IMG/VR virus record: IMGVR_UViG_3300042562_002373 | Span: 1-52,315 of that record | Length of the DNA stretch: 52,315 nt | Source of the DNA: a virus | Lineage: Duplodnaviria; Caudoviricetes | Reading direction: 5' to 3' (one strand) | In this document: positions 8,744 to 18,040 of the stretch, one piece after another | How the letters are laid out: each line of letters starts with the position of its first letter | How positions within the stretch are numbered: position 1 is the first letter of the stretch | The notes under the pieces: generated by a model | Database searches by the model: none | What the model saw: the letters and a program-made list of their open reading frames with translations, nothing else | What the model was told of the DNA's origin: nothing | Position numbers and translations under genes: made by a program

Positions 8744-10918
8744 TTATTTAATCATTATTAATATTCTGGTTCCAACCTCGTTTTTTTCACAAGTAATATT
8801 GAATCCATGCTCTTTAAGTATTGCTATACATATGTTTAAGCCCAATCCAGAGCCACTTTCTTTTTGATTTTCTTTTCTAGTATATGGTTCAGATAATTTA
8901 TTAAAATCATCTTGAGACATACCTCTACCATTATCTTGGATAGCAATATGTGAGTCATCTTCCATAAAAATCGCAACTACTTTTGAGTCAGAATCATTAT
9001 ATTTAAGACCATTACGAATTAAATTATCAATTGCTGTACAAAATAAAGGTTCGTTAACATCTAATGTTGGTAACCAATCAATCACAACTTGACTTGAATA
9101 TGCTGTTGATGATAAATATGAATTTAGAATATCTCTTAAATTTAAATGTTCTTTAGTTAATACAACATCTTCTTTAACTAAGTTAGTGAATTCATAAACT
9201 CCTTTGTAAACTTTTTGTGTATGTTTAAGACCTTCCTTAAGCATTTTTAATGGTGCTTCTAATTTCAAACGTTCAATGTCTTCTTTCTTTAATCTTCGTT
9301 CTAACGAACTAATTCCTCTTGGAATGTATGTATTTATTCCAGAATGCATATCATGTCTTAGAATCTTCGCAGCGTGTTCTAAATATGTATTTTTCTTTTC
9401 AATCTCTCTCTTTTGTTCATAAGAAATGGTAACATCTGTTGCAATTTTCATAATACGATAAACCTTACCGTCAACACCAACAATTGGGTTGTAAGTCGCT
9501 TGCAAATAAACTAAAGAACCATCTTTTTTTGTTCTAACAATTTCACCTGAAAATGATGAACCTTCTTTTAATTTTTCCCAAAAAAGATGATAATCGTCAC
9601 TTTTAGAATATTCTTTATCTACAAAAATTCTATGATGACCTCCAACTATTTCCTCACATGATGAATATCCCATAGTTTCTATGAATAAATCATTAGCAAA
9701 AATGATATTACCTTCTAAATCAAATTCAATAACTGCATTAGATTTATTTATAGCACTCATTCTATTATGAATTTCAACTTCCTTTTTTTTAAGTTCAGTA
9801 ACGTCTTGACGTATAGACATGAATCCTTCAAGTTTACCATCATCATCAAAACTAGCTTTTACAGAAGTATCTAAATAGTAAAGGTCTCCGTCTTTTTTCT
9901 TGTTGGTAACCACTTCATTCCATATCTTTTTATCCTTTACAACTGTTTTGTGCATATTATCCCAATATTCTGGTGGTATTGCAATAAATGGTACTGTTCC
10001 TAAATCTTTAGAATTTGAACTAGAGTTTACTATATTATGGTCTTTACCAATAGCTTCTTCTAATGACCATCCAGAAACATCAGTAAATTTCTGATTAATA
10101 TAAGTTATCTTTCCACGCTTATCAGCTTTACTAACCAATACAGATGAGTTCACAAAATGCTGAAACTCAGCTAATTCATTCTTAAGTTCGTTACCTTCTT
10201 GAACTGAATAAGCAAATGAGTATAATGACGATAACATTTCAGCAAAAGTAACTTCCACTTTATGCCATTCTCTAACTGTATAGCTTTCAATACAGATTAC
10301 ACCAATTACTTCACCTTTATAAACGATTGGAACGTCAAGCATTGCTTTAATACCTAATGGGTCTGAATAAGTTTCTTTAAAACATTGTGTTGATGGGTGT
10401 AAATTAACATCATTTGCAATTATAATCGGATTTGTTTTAAGACCACTGAAATATGGTTTATAATCTTTTTCAAAAATCTTAATACCATTAACCCATTCAC
10501 CAGTTTTTTTCTCATATAATTGTTCACATACAATACTTGTTTTTTTCTGGTTGTATAACCAAATAGAACATCTATCAGCACATATACTATTGGTAACTTC
10601 TTTAGTTAATAATTTTGCCCCATCAGTAACATTACCTTCATAGAATAATGGGTTATGAGTTTGAGAAATTAATGTTTCATTTAAATTTCTAGCGTAATAG
10701 TTTAGTTTAACGGATTCTTTGTTTTTATTTAAATAATCTTTAATCATTGTACCAAATAATGGTATAAGGGTTATAAAACATAAAAATTCAGTCCATCTAG
10801 TAATGACACATGATGGTACATAACCAGTTAATACACATAATTTTACAATTAAAAATATCGCCATAACTATTACTGCGAATACAAAACTAATAATTGAGCT
10901 CTTTTTAAGGTTAATCAT
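8744..10918 (-). CDS. Sensor histidine kinase: 2 TM + GAF + PAS + PAS + HisKA + HATPase_c
   Basis: GAF (RCSIWLY...GIKAMLDVPI..GVICIE), PAS (GKITYINQKF, GNIIFANDLF), H-box ILRHDM, N-box NLIRNGLKYN, G1 DNGRGM, G2 GSGLGL. Start moved to MINLKK (10918), downstream of an ATATTTAT motif and the yceI terminator. Confidence 0.93.
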   Translation of the reverse strand: MINLKKSSIISFVFAVIVMAIFLIVKLCVLTGYVPSCVITRWTEFLCFITLIPLFGTMIKDYLNKNKESVKLNYYARNLNETLISQTHNPLFYEGNVTDGAKLLTKEVTNSICADRCSIWLYNQKKTSIVCEQLYEKKTGEWVNGIKIFEKDYKPYFSGLKTNPIIIANDVNLHPSTQCFKETYSDPLGIKAMLDVPIVYKGEVIGVICIESYTVREWHKVEVTFAEMLSSLYSFAYSVQEGNELKNELAEFQHFVNSSVLVSKADKRGKITYINQKFTDVSGWSLEEAIGKDHNIVNSSSNSKDLGTVPFIAIPPEYWDNMHKTVVKDKKIWNEVVTNKKKDGDLYYLDTSVKASFDDDGKLEGFMSIRQDVTELKKKEVEIHNRMSAINKSNAVIEFDLEGNIIFANDLFIETMGYSSCEEIVGGHHRIFVDKEYSKSDDYHLFWEKLKEGSSFSGEIVRTKKDGSLVYLQATYNPIVGVDGKVYRIMKIATDVTISYEQKREIEKKNTYLEHAAKILRHDMHSGINTYIPRGISSLERRLKKEDIERLKLEAPLKMLKEGLKHTQKVYKGVYEFTNLVKEDVVLTKEHLNLRDILNSYLSSTAYSSQVVIDWLPTLDVNEPLFCTAIDNLIRNGLKYNDSDSKVVAIFMEDDSHIAIQDNGRGMSQDDFNKLSEPYTRKENQKESGSGLGLNICIAILKEHGFNITCEKNEVGTRILIMIK

Positions 10919-10954
10919 AAATTCTTTTATTAAATAAATATCTAATAAAATAAG

Positions 10955-10983
10955 AAAACCCCTAGGAAATTCCATAGGGGTTT
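10955..10983 (-). terminator. Terminator after yceI
   Basis: aaacccct...aggggttt inverted repeat. Confidence 0.6.
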
Positions 10984-11006
10984 ATGATTTTTTATATAAT
11001 TATTAA

Positions 11007-11531
11007 TTACGCTTTCATCATTTGGATACTAACGATTAATTTTACGTCATCTGATACTAAAATACCGCCTTTCTCACCAACAGCATTAAACGATAAACCA
11101 TACTCAGAACGCTTAATAACACCTTCCAATTCAAAACCATATTTAGTCTGTCCATAAGCATCAACATCGTTACCATTATAAGTACCGCTTAATGTAATTG
11201 GTAATTCAATATCACGAATAGTTAATAATCCATTAACATCATAATTACCATTGTCTAACTTATTAATTTCAGTTGATTTAAATGTAATTTTAGGGTAGTT
11301 CTCAGCTGAAAAGAAATCATCTGATTTTAAATGATTATCTCTATCTGTGATATTAGTTGTTACTGAATCAACATCCGCTTCAAATGTTAATGTAGCGTCA
11401 GTGAAATCTTCTAACTCTGCTTCCATAGTTGCATCAAATTTAGTGAATCTACCGTTAACAGTAGAAATCATTAAATGTTTCACCTTAAACTCAATGTCTG
11501 AGTGTAATGGGTCAATTTTAAATGTACTCAT
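11007..11531 (-). CDS. yceI: YceI family polyisoprenoid-binding protein
   Basis: IDPLHSDIEFKVKHLMISTVNGRF, RDNHLKSDDFF, YPKITFKST, GLLTIRD, IKRSEYGL. Confidence 0.93.
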   Translation of the reverse strand: MSTFKIDPLHSDIEFKVKHLMISTVNGRFTKFDATMEAELEDFTDATLTFEADVDSVTTNITDRDNHLKSDDFFSAENYPKITFKSTEINKLDNGNYDVNGLLTIRDIELPITLSGTYNGNDVDAYGQTKYGFELEGVIKRSEYGLSFNAVGEKGGILVSDDVKLIVSIQMMKA

Positions 11532-11536
11532 AATTT

Positions 11537-11965
11537 TTACTTTACTAATTCTTTTAATTTATTATTCATTATTAAAATTCGGTCCAAATCATCTGATTTT
11601 AATTTACCAGATTGGTTCCAAGTTTCAACTACATCTTTTAAATAGTCTACAACTTCACCTTTGTACTTATTAATTTCTTCTTCTCTAAGATTAAGTATTT
11701 CATCTTCAATTTTTTTAACATCAACAGCATCGTTTTTAACCGCATCATATTTTTTGAGGTGTTTATTTAAAACTTCACCTTGACTATCAGCTGTTTCAAA
11801 TCTGAAGTAATCAGTCTTATCAACATTTTTATATGTATAACTAGCTCCTCTTTTGAAGATAATAGTTAAGTCTTTTTTACTTGGTTCATATGTTGAAGCC
11901 AAGATGTTAGATGATTCATAGATTGCTTTAATCTTTACATCTGTTTCTACTCTTTTTAAAATCAT
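11537..11965 (-). CDS. KTSC-domain protein
   Basis: SSNILASTY...LTIIFKRGASYTYKNV...F..ADSQG pattern. Confidence 0.8.
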   Translation of the reverse strand: MILKRVETDVKIKAIYESSNILASTYEPSKKDLTIIFKRGASYTYKNVDKTDYFRFETADSQGEVLNKHLKKYDAVKNDAVDVKKIEDEILNLREEEINKYKGEVVDYLKDVVETWNQSGKLKSDDLDRILIMNNKLKELVK

Positions 11966-11984
11966 AACTTTATTTTATTTTTTA

Positions 11985-12200
11985 TTATTTTGCGTGTGTT
12001 CTGTACTTTTTAATATCTGATAACTCATATAATGTACCAGTACTAGTTACAGTACTTTCAGCATCAGCTGTTTCGTTTTCAACTATTATTAAGTAATTAC
12101 CAGTGATAACCATACCACTATCAGTGTATTCTTCTTTGATTATGTTGTTAGATACCTTAACCCATAATTCTACTTTTCCAAAAATTGGTGCTCCTTGCAT
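11985..12200 (-). CDS. Hypothetical protein
   Basis: Start moved to MQGAP (12200), just downstream of a TATCTTTG promoter box. Confidence 0.65.
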   Translation of the reverse strand: MQGAPIFGKVELWVKVSNNIIKEEYTDSGMVITGNYLIIVENETADAESTVTSTGTLYELSDIKKYRTHAK

Positions 12201-12217
12201 ATTAATTTTTTTTACAA

Positions 12218-12282
12218 CAAAGATAGTACTATTTATTATTAAAAACAACTATTGATTTTTTTTGTAATAATAACTACTTTTG
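12218..12282. promoter_or_regulatory. Divergent Bacteroidota-type -7 promoters (TAnnTTTG)
   Basis: TATCTTTG on - strand (12218-12225) and TACTTTTG on + strand (12275-12282). Confidence 0.65.
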
Positions 12283-12300
12283 TAAAAATAAAAATGTCTT

Positions 12301-14811
12301 ATGAATAGAGAAATTGTACCTAAGGTTAAACTTATAATAAACAACGCAATGAATGAAGCCAAAAGTAATGAGGATGTCCTTGTTAGACCTGAGCATATTT
12401 TAATAGCGGTATTATTGGATGATAGTAACATCTGTGTTAACGCATTTAAAAAATTAGGTGCGGATGTGAATGTATTACATGATAAGTTAAGTGAGCACAT
12501 CAGAGAAAAAAACTTAACACCTAGTGTTACTGGTAGTAAAAGAATTAGATTACCATTCAGTGATGAAATGAAATGGGTGATGAATAAAGTTGATAAAGAA
12601 TCTGAGTTATTGAATGATGCTCACATAGATTTAGAACATGTTACTTTATCGATTTTAACCCATAAAAAGTTGCGTATTGTTCAAATATTGACTAGCTTTG
12701 GTATAAATTACGAAAATTTTAAAAAAGTTATAATTAATATGAGAGGTAAATTAGATGAAAAAGATATCCCAAAGAATATGTTAGGGGATGACGATGAAAA
12801 CGTTTTTGGTGAAGAATTTGGTGATAAATCAAAGAAAACAACTGTTAAACGTGGTAAGGCAAGTAAAACACCAGTATTAGATAATTTCTGTGCTGACGTT
12901 ACTAAAGCTGTAGAAGAAGGGAATGTTGACCCTATTATTGGTAGAGAGAAAGAGATTAAACGTGTATCTCAAATTTTATCAAGAAGAAAAAAGAATAACC
13001 CAGTATTGATTGGTGAACCTGGTGTTGGTAAAACAGCTATCATTGAAGGTTTAGCTCAATTAATTGTTGATGGTAAAGCACCTAGAATGTTATTAGAAAA
13101 AAGAATCTATTCTTTAGACTTAGCATCGATTGTTGCTGGTACAAAATATCGTGGTCAATTCGAAGAACGTATGAAAGCGATATTAGATGAATTAAAAGCG
13201 AATAAAGACGTTATCTTATTCATTGATGAGTTACATACCATTGTTGGTGCTGGAAACTCCTCAGGCTCTTTAGATGCATCTAATATTTTCAAACCAGCAT
13301 TGGCTAGGGGTGAAATACAAATCATTGGTGCTACAACACTTGACGAATTTAGAGAGAACGTAGAAAAAGATGGTGCATTGACTAGACGTTTCCAACAAGT
13401 ATTGGTTGAAGAACCAAGTTTAGAGGAAACTATTACTATGCTTAAAAGTATTAGAGGTAAATATGAAAATCACCATAAGGTTACTTATACTGATGAAGCT
13501 ATTGAAGAATGTGTTAAATTATCTGATAGATATATCACTGATAGAGCTATGCCAGATAAAGCTATCGATGTTTTAGATGAAGCTGGTGCTAGTACAAATA
13601 TTGAAGTTGAGATTCCAGAAAAAGTAAAAACATTGGAAGCTAAGAAAGCTGAAATTCAAACTAAGAAAATGGATGTGGTTTCAAAACAAAAATATGAAGA
13701 AGCTGCTAAGTTAAGAGATGAGGAAAGAAAAATCGATACTGATTTAGCTAAGGCTAAAGAAGAATGGGTTAAAAATCTTGATGAGAAAAGAACTATTGTT
13801 GATGTTGATTTAATTTCTGATGTTGTATCTATGATGACTGGTATTCCAGTAAATAAGATTTCAACTCAAGAGAATAAACGATTAATGAATATGGATAAAG
13901 AATTGCTTGGTAAAGTAATTGGTCAAGATGATGCAATCGTTAAAGTATCCAAAGCTATCAAACGTAGTCGTTTAGGTATCAAAGATAAAAACAAACCATC
14001 ATCATTTATATTCTTAGGACCTACTGGTGTTGGTAAAACTCACTTATCTAAAGTACTAGCTGAATATGTATATGGTGATAAGGATGCATTGATTAGAGTG
14101 GATATGTCTGAGTTCATGGAGAAACATTCTGTGTCTAGATTGATTGGTCCACCACCAGGATATGTTGGTTATGAAGAAGGTGGACAATTAACTGAGAAAG
14201 TTAGAAGAAAACCATATTCAATTATCTTATTAGATGAAATTGAAAAAGGTCATGACGATGTATTCAACTTACTATTACAAGTATTAGATGAAGGTCATTT
14301 AACTGATGGTTTAGGTCGTAAGATAAATTTCAAAAATACTATTATCATTATGACATCAAATGTTGGTGTTAGAGAGTTAACTAGTTTCGGTAAGAACATT
14401 GGATTTGAAACTGACGCTGCAATTGTAAATGAACAAGAGAAAGCTCGTTCAATTATTGAGAAAGCATTGAAAAAGAAATTCAAACCAGAGTTCCTTAACC
14501 GTATTGATGAAACTATTATCTTTAACAGTCTTAAAGCAGATGATATCAATGTAATTATCCATAACGAATTGGATAAATTAAAAGCTAGAGTTAAAGAGAT
14601 TGGTTACGAAATCAAGATTAATAAATCAGCTGTTGATTATGTTGCTAAACAAGGTTATGATGAAGCATATGGTGCCAGACCACTTACTAGAGCGATTCAA
14701 AGATACATTGAAGACCCAGTAACTGATGAAATCCTTAATGGTAACTTTAAAGAAGGTGACACCATTAAAATCACATACGATAAGAAAGAAGATAAAATTA
14801 TTTTATCTTAA
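12301..14811 (+). CDS. clpC: ATP-dependent Clp protease ATP-binding subunit, ClpC-type
   Basis: Clp-N repeats, two AAA modules (GEPGVGKT, GPTGVGKT), UVR middle domain (QKYEEAAKLRDEE), IGF ClpP-docking loop, YGARPL. Confidence 0.95.
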   Translation: MNREIVPKVKLIINNAMNEAKSNEDVLVRPEHILIAVLLDDSNICVNAFKKLGADVNVLHDKLSEHIREKNLTPSVTGSKRIRLPFSDEMKWVMNKVDKESELLNDAHIDLEHVTLSILTHKKLRIVQILTSFGINYENFKKVIINMRGKLDEKDIPKNMLGDDDENVFGEEFGDKSKKTTVKRGKASKTPVLDNFCADVTKAVEEGNVDPIIGREKEIKRVSQILSRRKKNNPVLIGEPGVGKTAIIEGLAQLIVDGKAPRMLLEKRIYSLDLASIVAGTKYRGQFEERMKAILDELKANKDVILFIDELHTIVGAGNSSGSLDASNIFKPALARGEIQIIGATTLDEFRENVEKDGALTRRFQQVLVEEPSLEETITMLKSIRGKYENHHKVTYTDEAIEECVKLSDRYITDRAMPDKAIDVLDEAGASTNIEVEIPEKVKTLEAKKAEIQTKKMDVVSKQKYEEAAKLRDEERKIDTDLAKAKEEWVKNLDEKRTIVDVDLISDVVSMMTGIPVNKISTQENKRLMNMDKELLGKVIGQDDAIVKVSKAIKRSRLGIKDKNKPSSFIFLGPTGVGKTHLSKVLAEYVYGDKDALIRVDMSEFMEKHSVSRLIGPPPGYVGYEEGGQLTEKVRRKPYSIILLDEIEKGHDDVFNLLLQVLDEGHLTDGLGRKINFKNTIIIMTSNVGVRELTSFGKNIGFETDAAIVNEQEKARSIIEKALKKKFKPEFLNRIDETIIFNSLKADDINVIIHNELDKLKARVKEIGYEIKINKSAVDYVAKQGYDEAYGARPLTRAIQRYIEDPVTDEILNGNFKEGDTIKITYDKKEDKIILS

Positions 14812-14817
14812 ATAACT

Positions 14818-14845
14818 AAAGCCTGAATTTTTTCAGGCTTTTTTT
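14818..14845 (+). terminator. Rho-independent terminator
   Basis: aaagcctgaa-tttt-ttcaggcttt followed by T-tract. Confidence 0.8.
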
Positions 14846-14866
14846 ATATTTATTAAATAAAAAGTT

Positions 14867-15568
14867 ATGCCATACAAAGTACATACTAAAGACGGTAACC
14901 CATATTGTGTTGAGAAACTAAACGGTGAAGATGTTGGCTGTAGTGATAAAGAACATATTGGTGCTTATCTAGGTAAATTAAATTCAGTTGCTGAAAATGA
15001 AATAGAAGAAGGTTATTTAGATAAATTTAATATTAAAAAGGGCATGAATGCTCTAATACAAACATTAAAAGACGAAAGTATCAAGACATCTGACGCTTAT
15101 AAATTAATTACTTCTGGTAAAGAACTATCTAAAGAAGAGAAAAAGCAAGTACAAAAACAATTACTTAGTTTAATAACCAAACTAAGTTCAGCAGCAATAT
15201 TTTTATTACCAGGTGGCTCAATACCGATATTAGCATATAATTTAATTAAAAATAAAAAGGCAAAAGAAACCAAACAACCAGAAGAAATTATGGAAAATAA
15301 ACTAGTAGGTGGTAGAGCTGATAACGAAACTATTAAAGACTTATCAAAAAAGTTCAGAGTAACTGTAAAGTATTTACAACAACAACTTAAAAAAGGTATG
15401 AAAGTTGAATCTGAACATACTGATGATAAAGAGAAACAAAAAGAAATTGCATCAGACCATTTAGCTGAATTCCCAAACTACTACGAAGAACTTGAAGGCG
15501 TGGAAAAGAAACTAAAAAAATATTGGAAAGATAGACTTAAAGAAAAAGTTAATCAACCAAAGAAATAG
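14867..15568 (+). CDS. Modular protein with C-terminal DUF5661-like domain
   Basis: KGMKVESEHT...EIASDHLAEFPNYYEEL; central hydrophobic AIFLLPGGSIPILAY; ATATTTAT motif upstream. Confidence 0.7.
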   Translation: MPYKVHTKDGNPYCVEKLNGEDVGCSDKEHIGAYLGKLNSVAENEIEEGYLDKFNIKKGMNALIQTLKDESIKTSDAYKLITSGKELSKEEKKQVQKQLLSLITKLSSAAIFLLPGGSIPILAYNLIKNKKAKETKQPEEIMENKLVGGRADNETIKDLSKKFRVTVKYLQQQLKKGMKVESEHTDDKEKQKEIASDHLAEFPNYYEELEGVEKKLKKYWKDRLKEKVNQPKK

Positions 15569-16031
15569 TTCCAATGTACTCAAAACTACCACAAACTCTT
15601 TTATTATCCGCATAATGTTGTTTATAAACATTCTCATGTTTAATATCACTTCTTAATTTTTTATGTTTACTAGTTGGTTTCCATAAAGGTGAATTAAGTC
15701 TATATGATATTAATCTTGGGTGTGCTGTTCTAGAATAGTATCTACATCCATCATCAATATACATTTGAGCAATCATATCTGATAATCTAGGACCAATACC
15801 CATTCCTTGGAAATCTGGTAGTATTACAGTCCTATGACCTCTCCATGCATTTTTAATATAACCACTAGGCATTGATAACGTTGCATTGAAACCAATTACT
15901 TGACCATCCCATACAACAATATAGCATCTAGCGGCTTTATTTATTTTATCATCTAAATAGTGATGGTCCTTAAACATGTCCCAACCGCCATAGTTTGTGC
16001 GATATAACTCAAGTTTGATTTCTGGTCGGAC
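15549..16031 (-). CDS. GNAT (Mom-like) acetyltransferase domain; probably frameshift-fused to the upstream ATPase
   Basis: HHYL motif, RTVILPDFQGMGIG acetyl-CoA motif A; frame open upstream to the T9 run (VRPEIKLELYRTNYGGWDMFKDHHYL). Confidence 0.8.
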   Translation of the reverse strand, partial: VRPEIKLELYRTNYGGWDMFKDHHYLDDKINKAARCYIVVWDGQVIGFNATLSMPSGYIKNAWRGHRTVILPDFQGMGIGPRLSDMIAQMYIDDGCRYYSRTAHPRLISYRLNSPLWKPTSKHKKLRSDIKHENVYKQHYADNKRVCGSFEYIGTISLVD

Positions 16032-16639
16032 AAAAAAAAACCATCCAATAGTTCCCCAGTGTCTGTATTAATAACCCAATCAGGTTCAAGCCAATCGACT
16101 ATATCCATGTGACACGTTGATATCACAATGTTTTCAAAGTCATTGGTCTTTACATATCGAGATAAGGCCATTGAGGCCGCTTTAGCGACATTTCTATCCA
16201 CTACTGAGGTATATTCATCTATGACAGCATTTGAAGCTATCTTACGAGCTAAATCAGCTCTGAATTTTTCTCCATTAGATAATACATTATATGGTTTGTA
16301 CCATGATGGTATAGTATTGAATCCTACAGAACTTAATCTAGTGATACCTTCTTCAGGTGTCGCAAAATGCGATAGGATTGATTTATTGGAATCCCATGTA
16401 GGTTGTTCCTCAATTCCAAAGTGTTTAAGTAAGGTTGATTTACCAGAACCACTTGAACCTACAATGACACCTATCTTAAATTTCTTAGGTAATGTAGTTG
16501 GTAGTTCCCATGGGTGAAATTTTGATGTACCATCAAAGATACAATCAAATGCTGTTTCACTTGCTGTAATAAATTCATCGCGTTCAACAACTGAAGTCAA
16601 AGGGATTTCACTTCTTTTTAATTTTTCTAAAACTTTCAT
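15953..16639 (-). CDS. ABC-type ATPase domain
   Basis: Walker A GSSGSGKST, signature LSNGEKFR, Walker B VIDEYTSVVDR, H-loop STCH. Confidence 0.9.
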   Translation of the reverse strand: MKVLEKLKRSEIPLTSVVERDEFITASETAFDCIFDGTSKFHPWELPTTLPKKFKIGVIVGSSGSGKSTLLKHFGIEEQPTWDSNKSILSHFATPEEGITRLSSVGFNTIPSWYKPYNVLSNGEKFRADLARKIASNAVIDEYTSVVDRNVAKAASMALSRYVKTNDFENIVISTCHMDIVDWLEPDWVINTDTGELLDGFFLSDQKSNLSYIAQTMAVGTCLRTITI

Positions 16640-16650
16640 ATTACTACATA

Positions 16651-16691
16651 AAAAAAGAGCCAGTAACGTATATTTTACGCTACCAGCTTCT
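16651..16691 (-). terminator. Rho-independent terminator
   Basis: On - strand: agctggtagcgta...tacgttactggct followed by U-tract. Confidence 0.65.
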
Positions 16692-16709
16692 AGTTATTTA
16701 GCAAGGTAA

Positions 16710-16898
16710 TTATTTACCTTTAGTTAATTTACCGATTACAGCTTCTAATTTAGCAACTTTGCTTTCTAATAATGTAGCTTTTTTTGCTTCACTCTCAGCA
16801 ATCCACTGATTTTGTTTTTCAGATACTGCTTCGTTAACGATGTTTTCGATTAAATCAACTAATTCGTTTTCAGAAATTCTAACAATTTTTTTTGACAT
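16710..16898 (-). CDS. Small coiled-coil protein with leader-like N-terminus
   Basis: MSKKIVRISENELVDLIENIVNE; own ATATTTAT motif and terminator. Confidence 0.7.
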   Translation of the reverse strand: MSKKIVRISENELVDLIENIVNEAVSEKQNQWIAESEAKKATLLESKVAKLEAVIGKLTKGK

Positions 16899-16978
16899 GT
16901 CTTTATATTTTTTAAAAAATCTTATTTATACTAATAAATATATAATGATTTAAAAAAAGACTAAAATTTAAGTAAAAT

Positions 16979-17134
16979 TTAATTTTTTATTTCTCTAATG
17001 TCAAACAATTCTAATAAAGTAGCTACATTCATTTGTTTAATGAACGCAAAACGTTTAGTCGCATCCATGATGTTTTCTGACTTTAACTTATAAATCACCT
17101 CACCATCTTTGGCGAATATTCCGTATTCTCTCAT
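16979..17134 (-). CDS. Small hypothetical protein
   Basis: Start moved to MREYG (17134), downstream of TATATTTG box at 17180-17187. Confidence 0.6.
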   Translation of the reverse strand: MREYGIFAKDGEVIYKLKSENIMDATKRFAFIKQMNVATLLELFDIREIKN

Positions 17135-17199
17135 AATATATAGTTTTATAAAAATAAATATAATCTCTTTTAATTTATACAAATATAGTAATAAAATTA

Positions 17200-17227
17200 A
17201 AAAAGCACAGTCTTAGCTGTGCTTTTT
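17200..17227. terminator. Terminator hairpin
   Basis: aaaagcacag-tcttag-ctgtgctttt. Confidence 0.75.
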
Positions 17228-17228
17228 A

Positions 17229-17567
17229 TTATAAAAATCTGTTATAGAAATCCTCTTCAATATATTCTAGTAATCTCTTTCTTATGAACCATAGTAATCC
17301 ACTAGTGTTCTTATTTCTATCAATCATATCAACCATAACTTTATTTGGGTCCTCACCATCAGTCATTCTGTATTTAGCTTCTTCGAAGCAATCTACTCTA
17401 TCAATATTTAATAACTCATCCATAATTATGCTATACGTCTCCCATCTTAATTTAGTTTCGGCATCAACATTAGCCATAGTTGAAGTTACCAAATTATTAT
17501 ACTCCTTATCCAGATTATTAAACTTTCCAGTCCCAGCCTTGATTGTAATATTAAAATCTTTCATCAT
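17229..17567 (-). CDS. Hypothetical protein, paralog of 17690..18016
   Basis: RWETY..I..EL...KYRMTDGEDP motif. Confidence 0.75.
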   Translation of the reverse strand: MMKDFNITIKAGTGKFNNLDKEYNNLVTSTMANVDAETKLRWETYSIIMDELLNIDRVDCFEEAKYRMTDGEDPNKVMVDMIDRNKNTSGLLWFIRKRLLEYIEEDFYNRFL

Positions 17568-17654
17568 TAATTTAATTAATTTATTATTGTTATTTAATGA
17601 TAAATATCTTTCAATTTCGTATTCGACTTAAAATCATCAATATTTTTTTAAATA

Positions 17655-17678
17655 AAAAAACCCCATAAAATGGGGTTT
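17655..17678 (-). terminator. Terminator hairpin
   Basis: aaacccca-taaaa-tggggttt with A-tract on + strand. Confidence 0.65.
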
Positions 17679-17689
17679 AAAGTGGGATT

Positions 17690-18016
17690 TCATTTAAAAT
17701 TCATAATTTTATAATATAAACGCTCAAGTTCAGGTGTTTTGCTTTTTAAACTGTTCAAAACTTCTAAACAAACGTCTGTTGGGTCCACATTTTCGGTTAA
17801 CTTATATTGTAATTCTTTAACCTTTAATGTATCCTTTAAGTTATTCTTAAGTTCGATAATAACTTGATTATATGTTACCCATCTTCTTTTATTAGCAACA
17901 TCCCCAACATATAGATTTTCAGTGATAGTATTTTCATATTCATGTTCAAGGTAAGTACTGAATTCACCATATACTCCCCTTAATGCATTTCGTATGTTTT
18001 CTTTATCAATCACCAA
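17690..18016 (-). CDS. Hypothetical protein, paralog of 17229..17567
   Basis: RWVTY..V..EL...QYKLTENVDP motif; start codon uncertain (TTG/GTG). Confidence 0.7.
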   Translation of the reverse strand: MVIDKENIRNALRGVYGEFSTYLEHEYENTITENLYVGDVANKRRWVTYNQVIIELKNNLKDTLKVKELQYKLTENVDPTDVCLEVLNSLKSKTPELERLYYKIMNFK

Positions 18017-18040
18017 TCATTCTTTACATATAAATATCAA

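Noticed and set aside
9781-9792. A8 run in the histidine kinase as another frameshift site
   Set aside because: The reading frame continues intact through PAS and kinase domains, so no shift is needed
10919-10975. Track's longer N-terminus of the histidine kinase
   Set aside because: It runs through the yceI terminator and the promoter motif; MINLKK at 10918 is the better start
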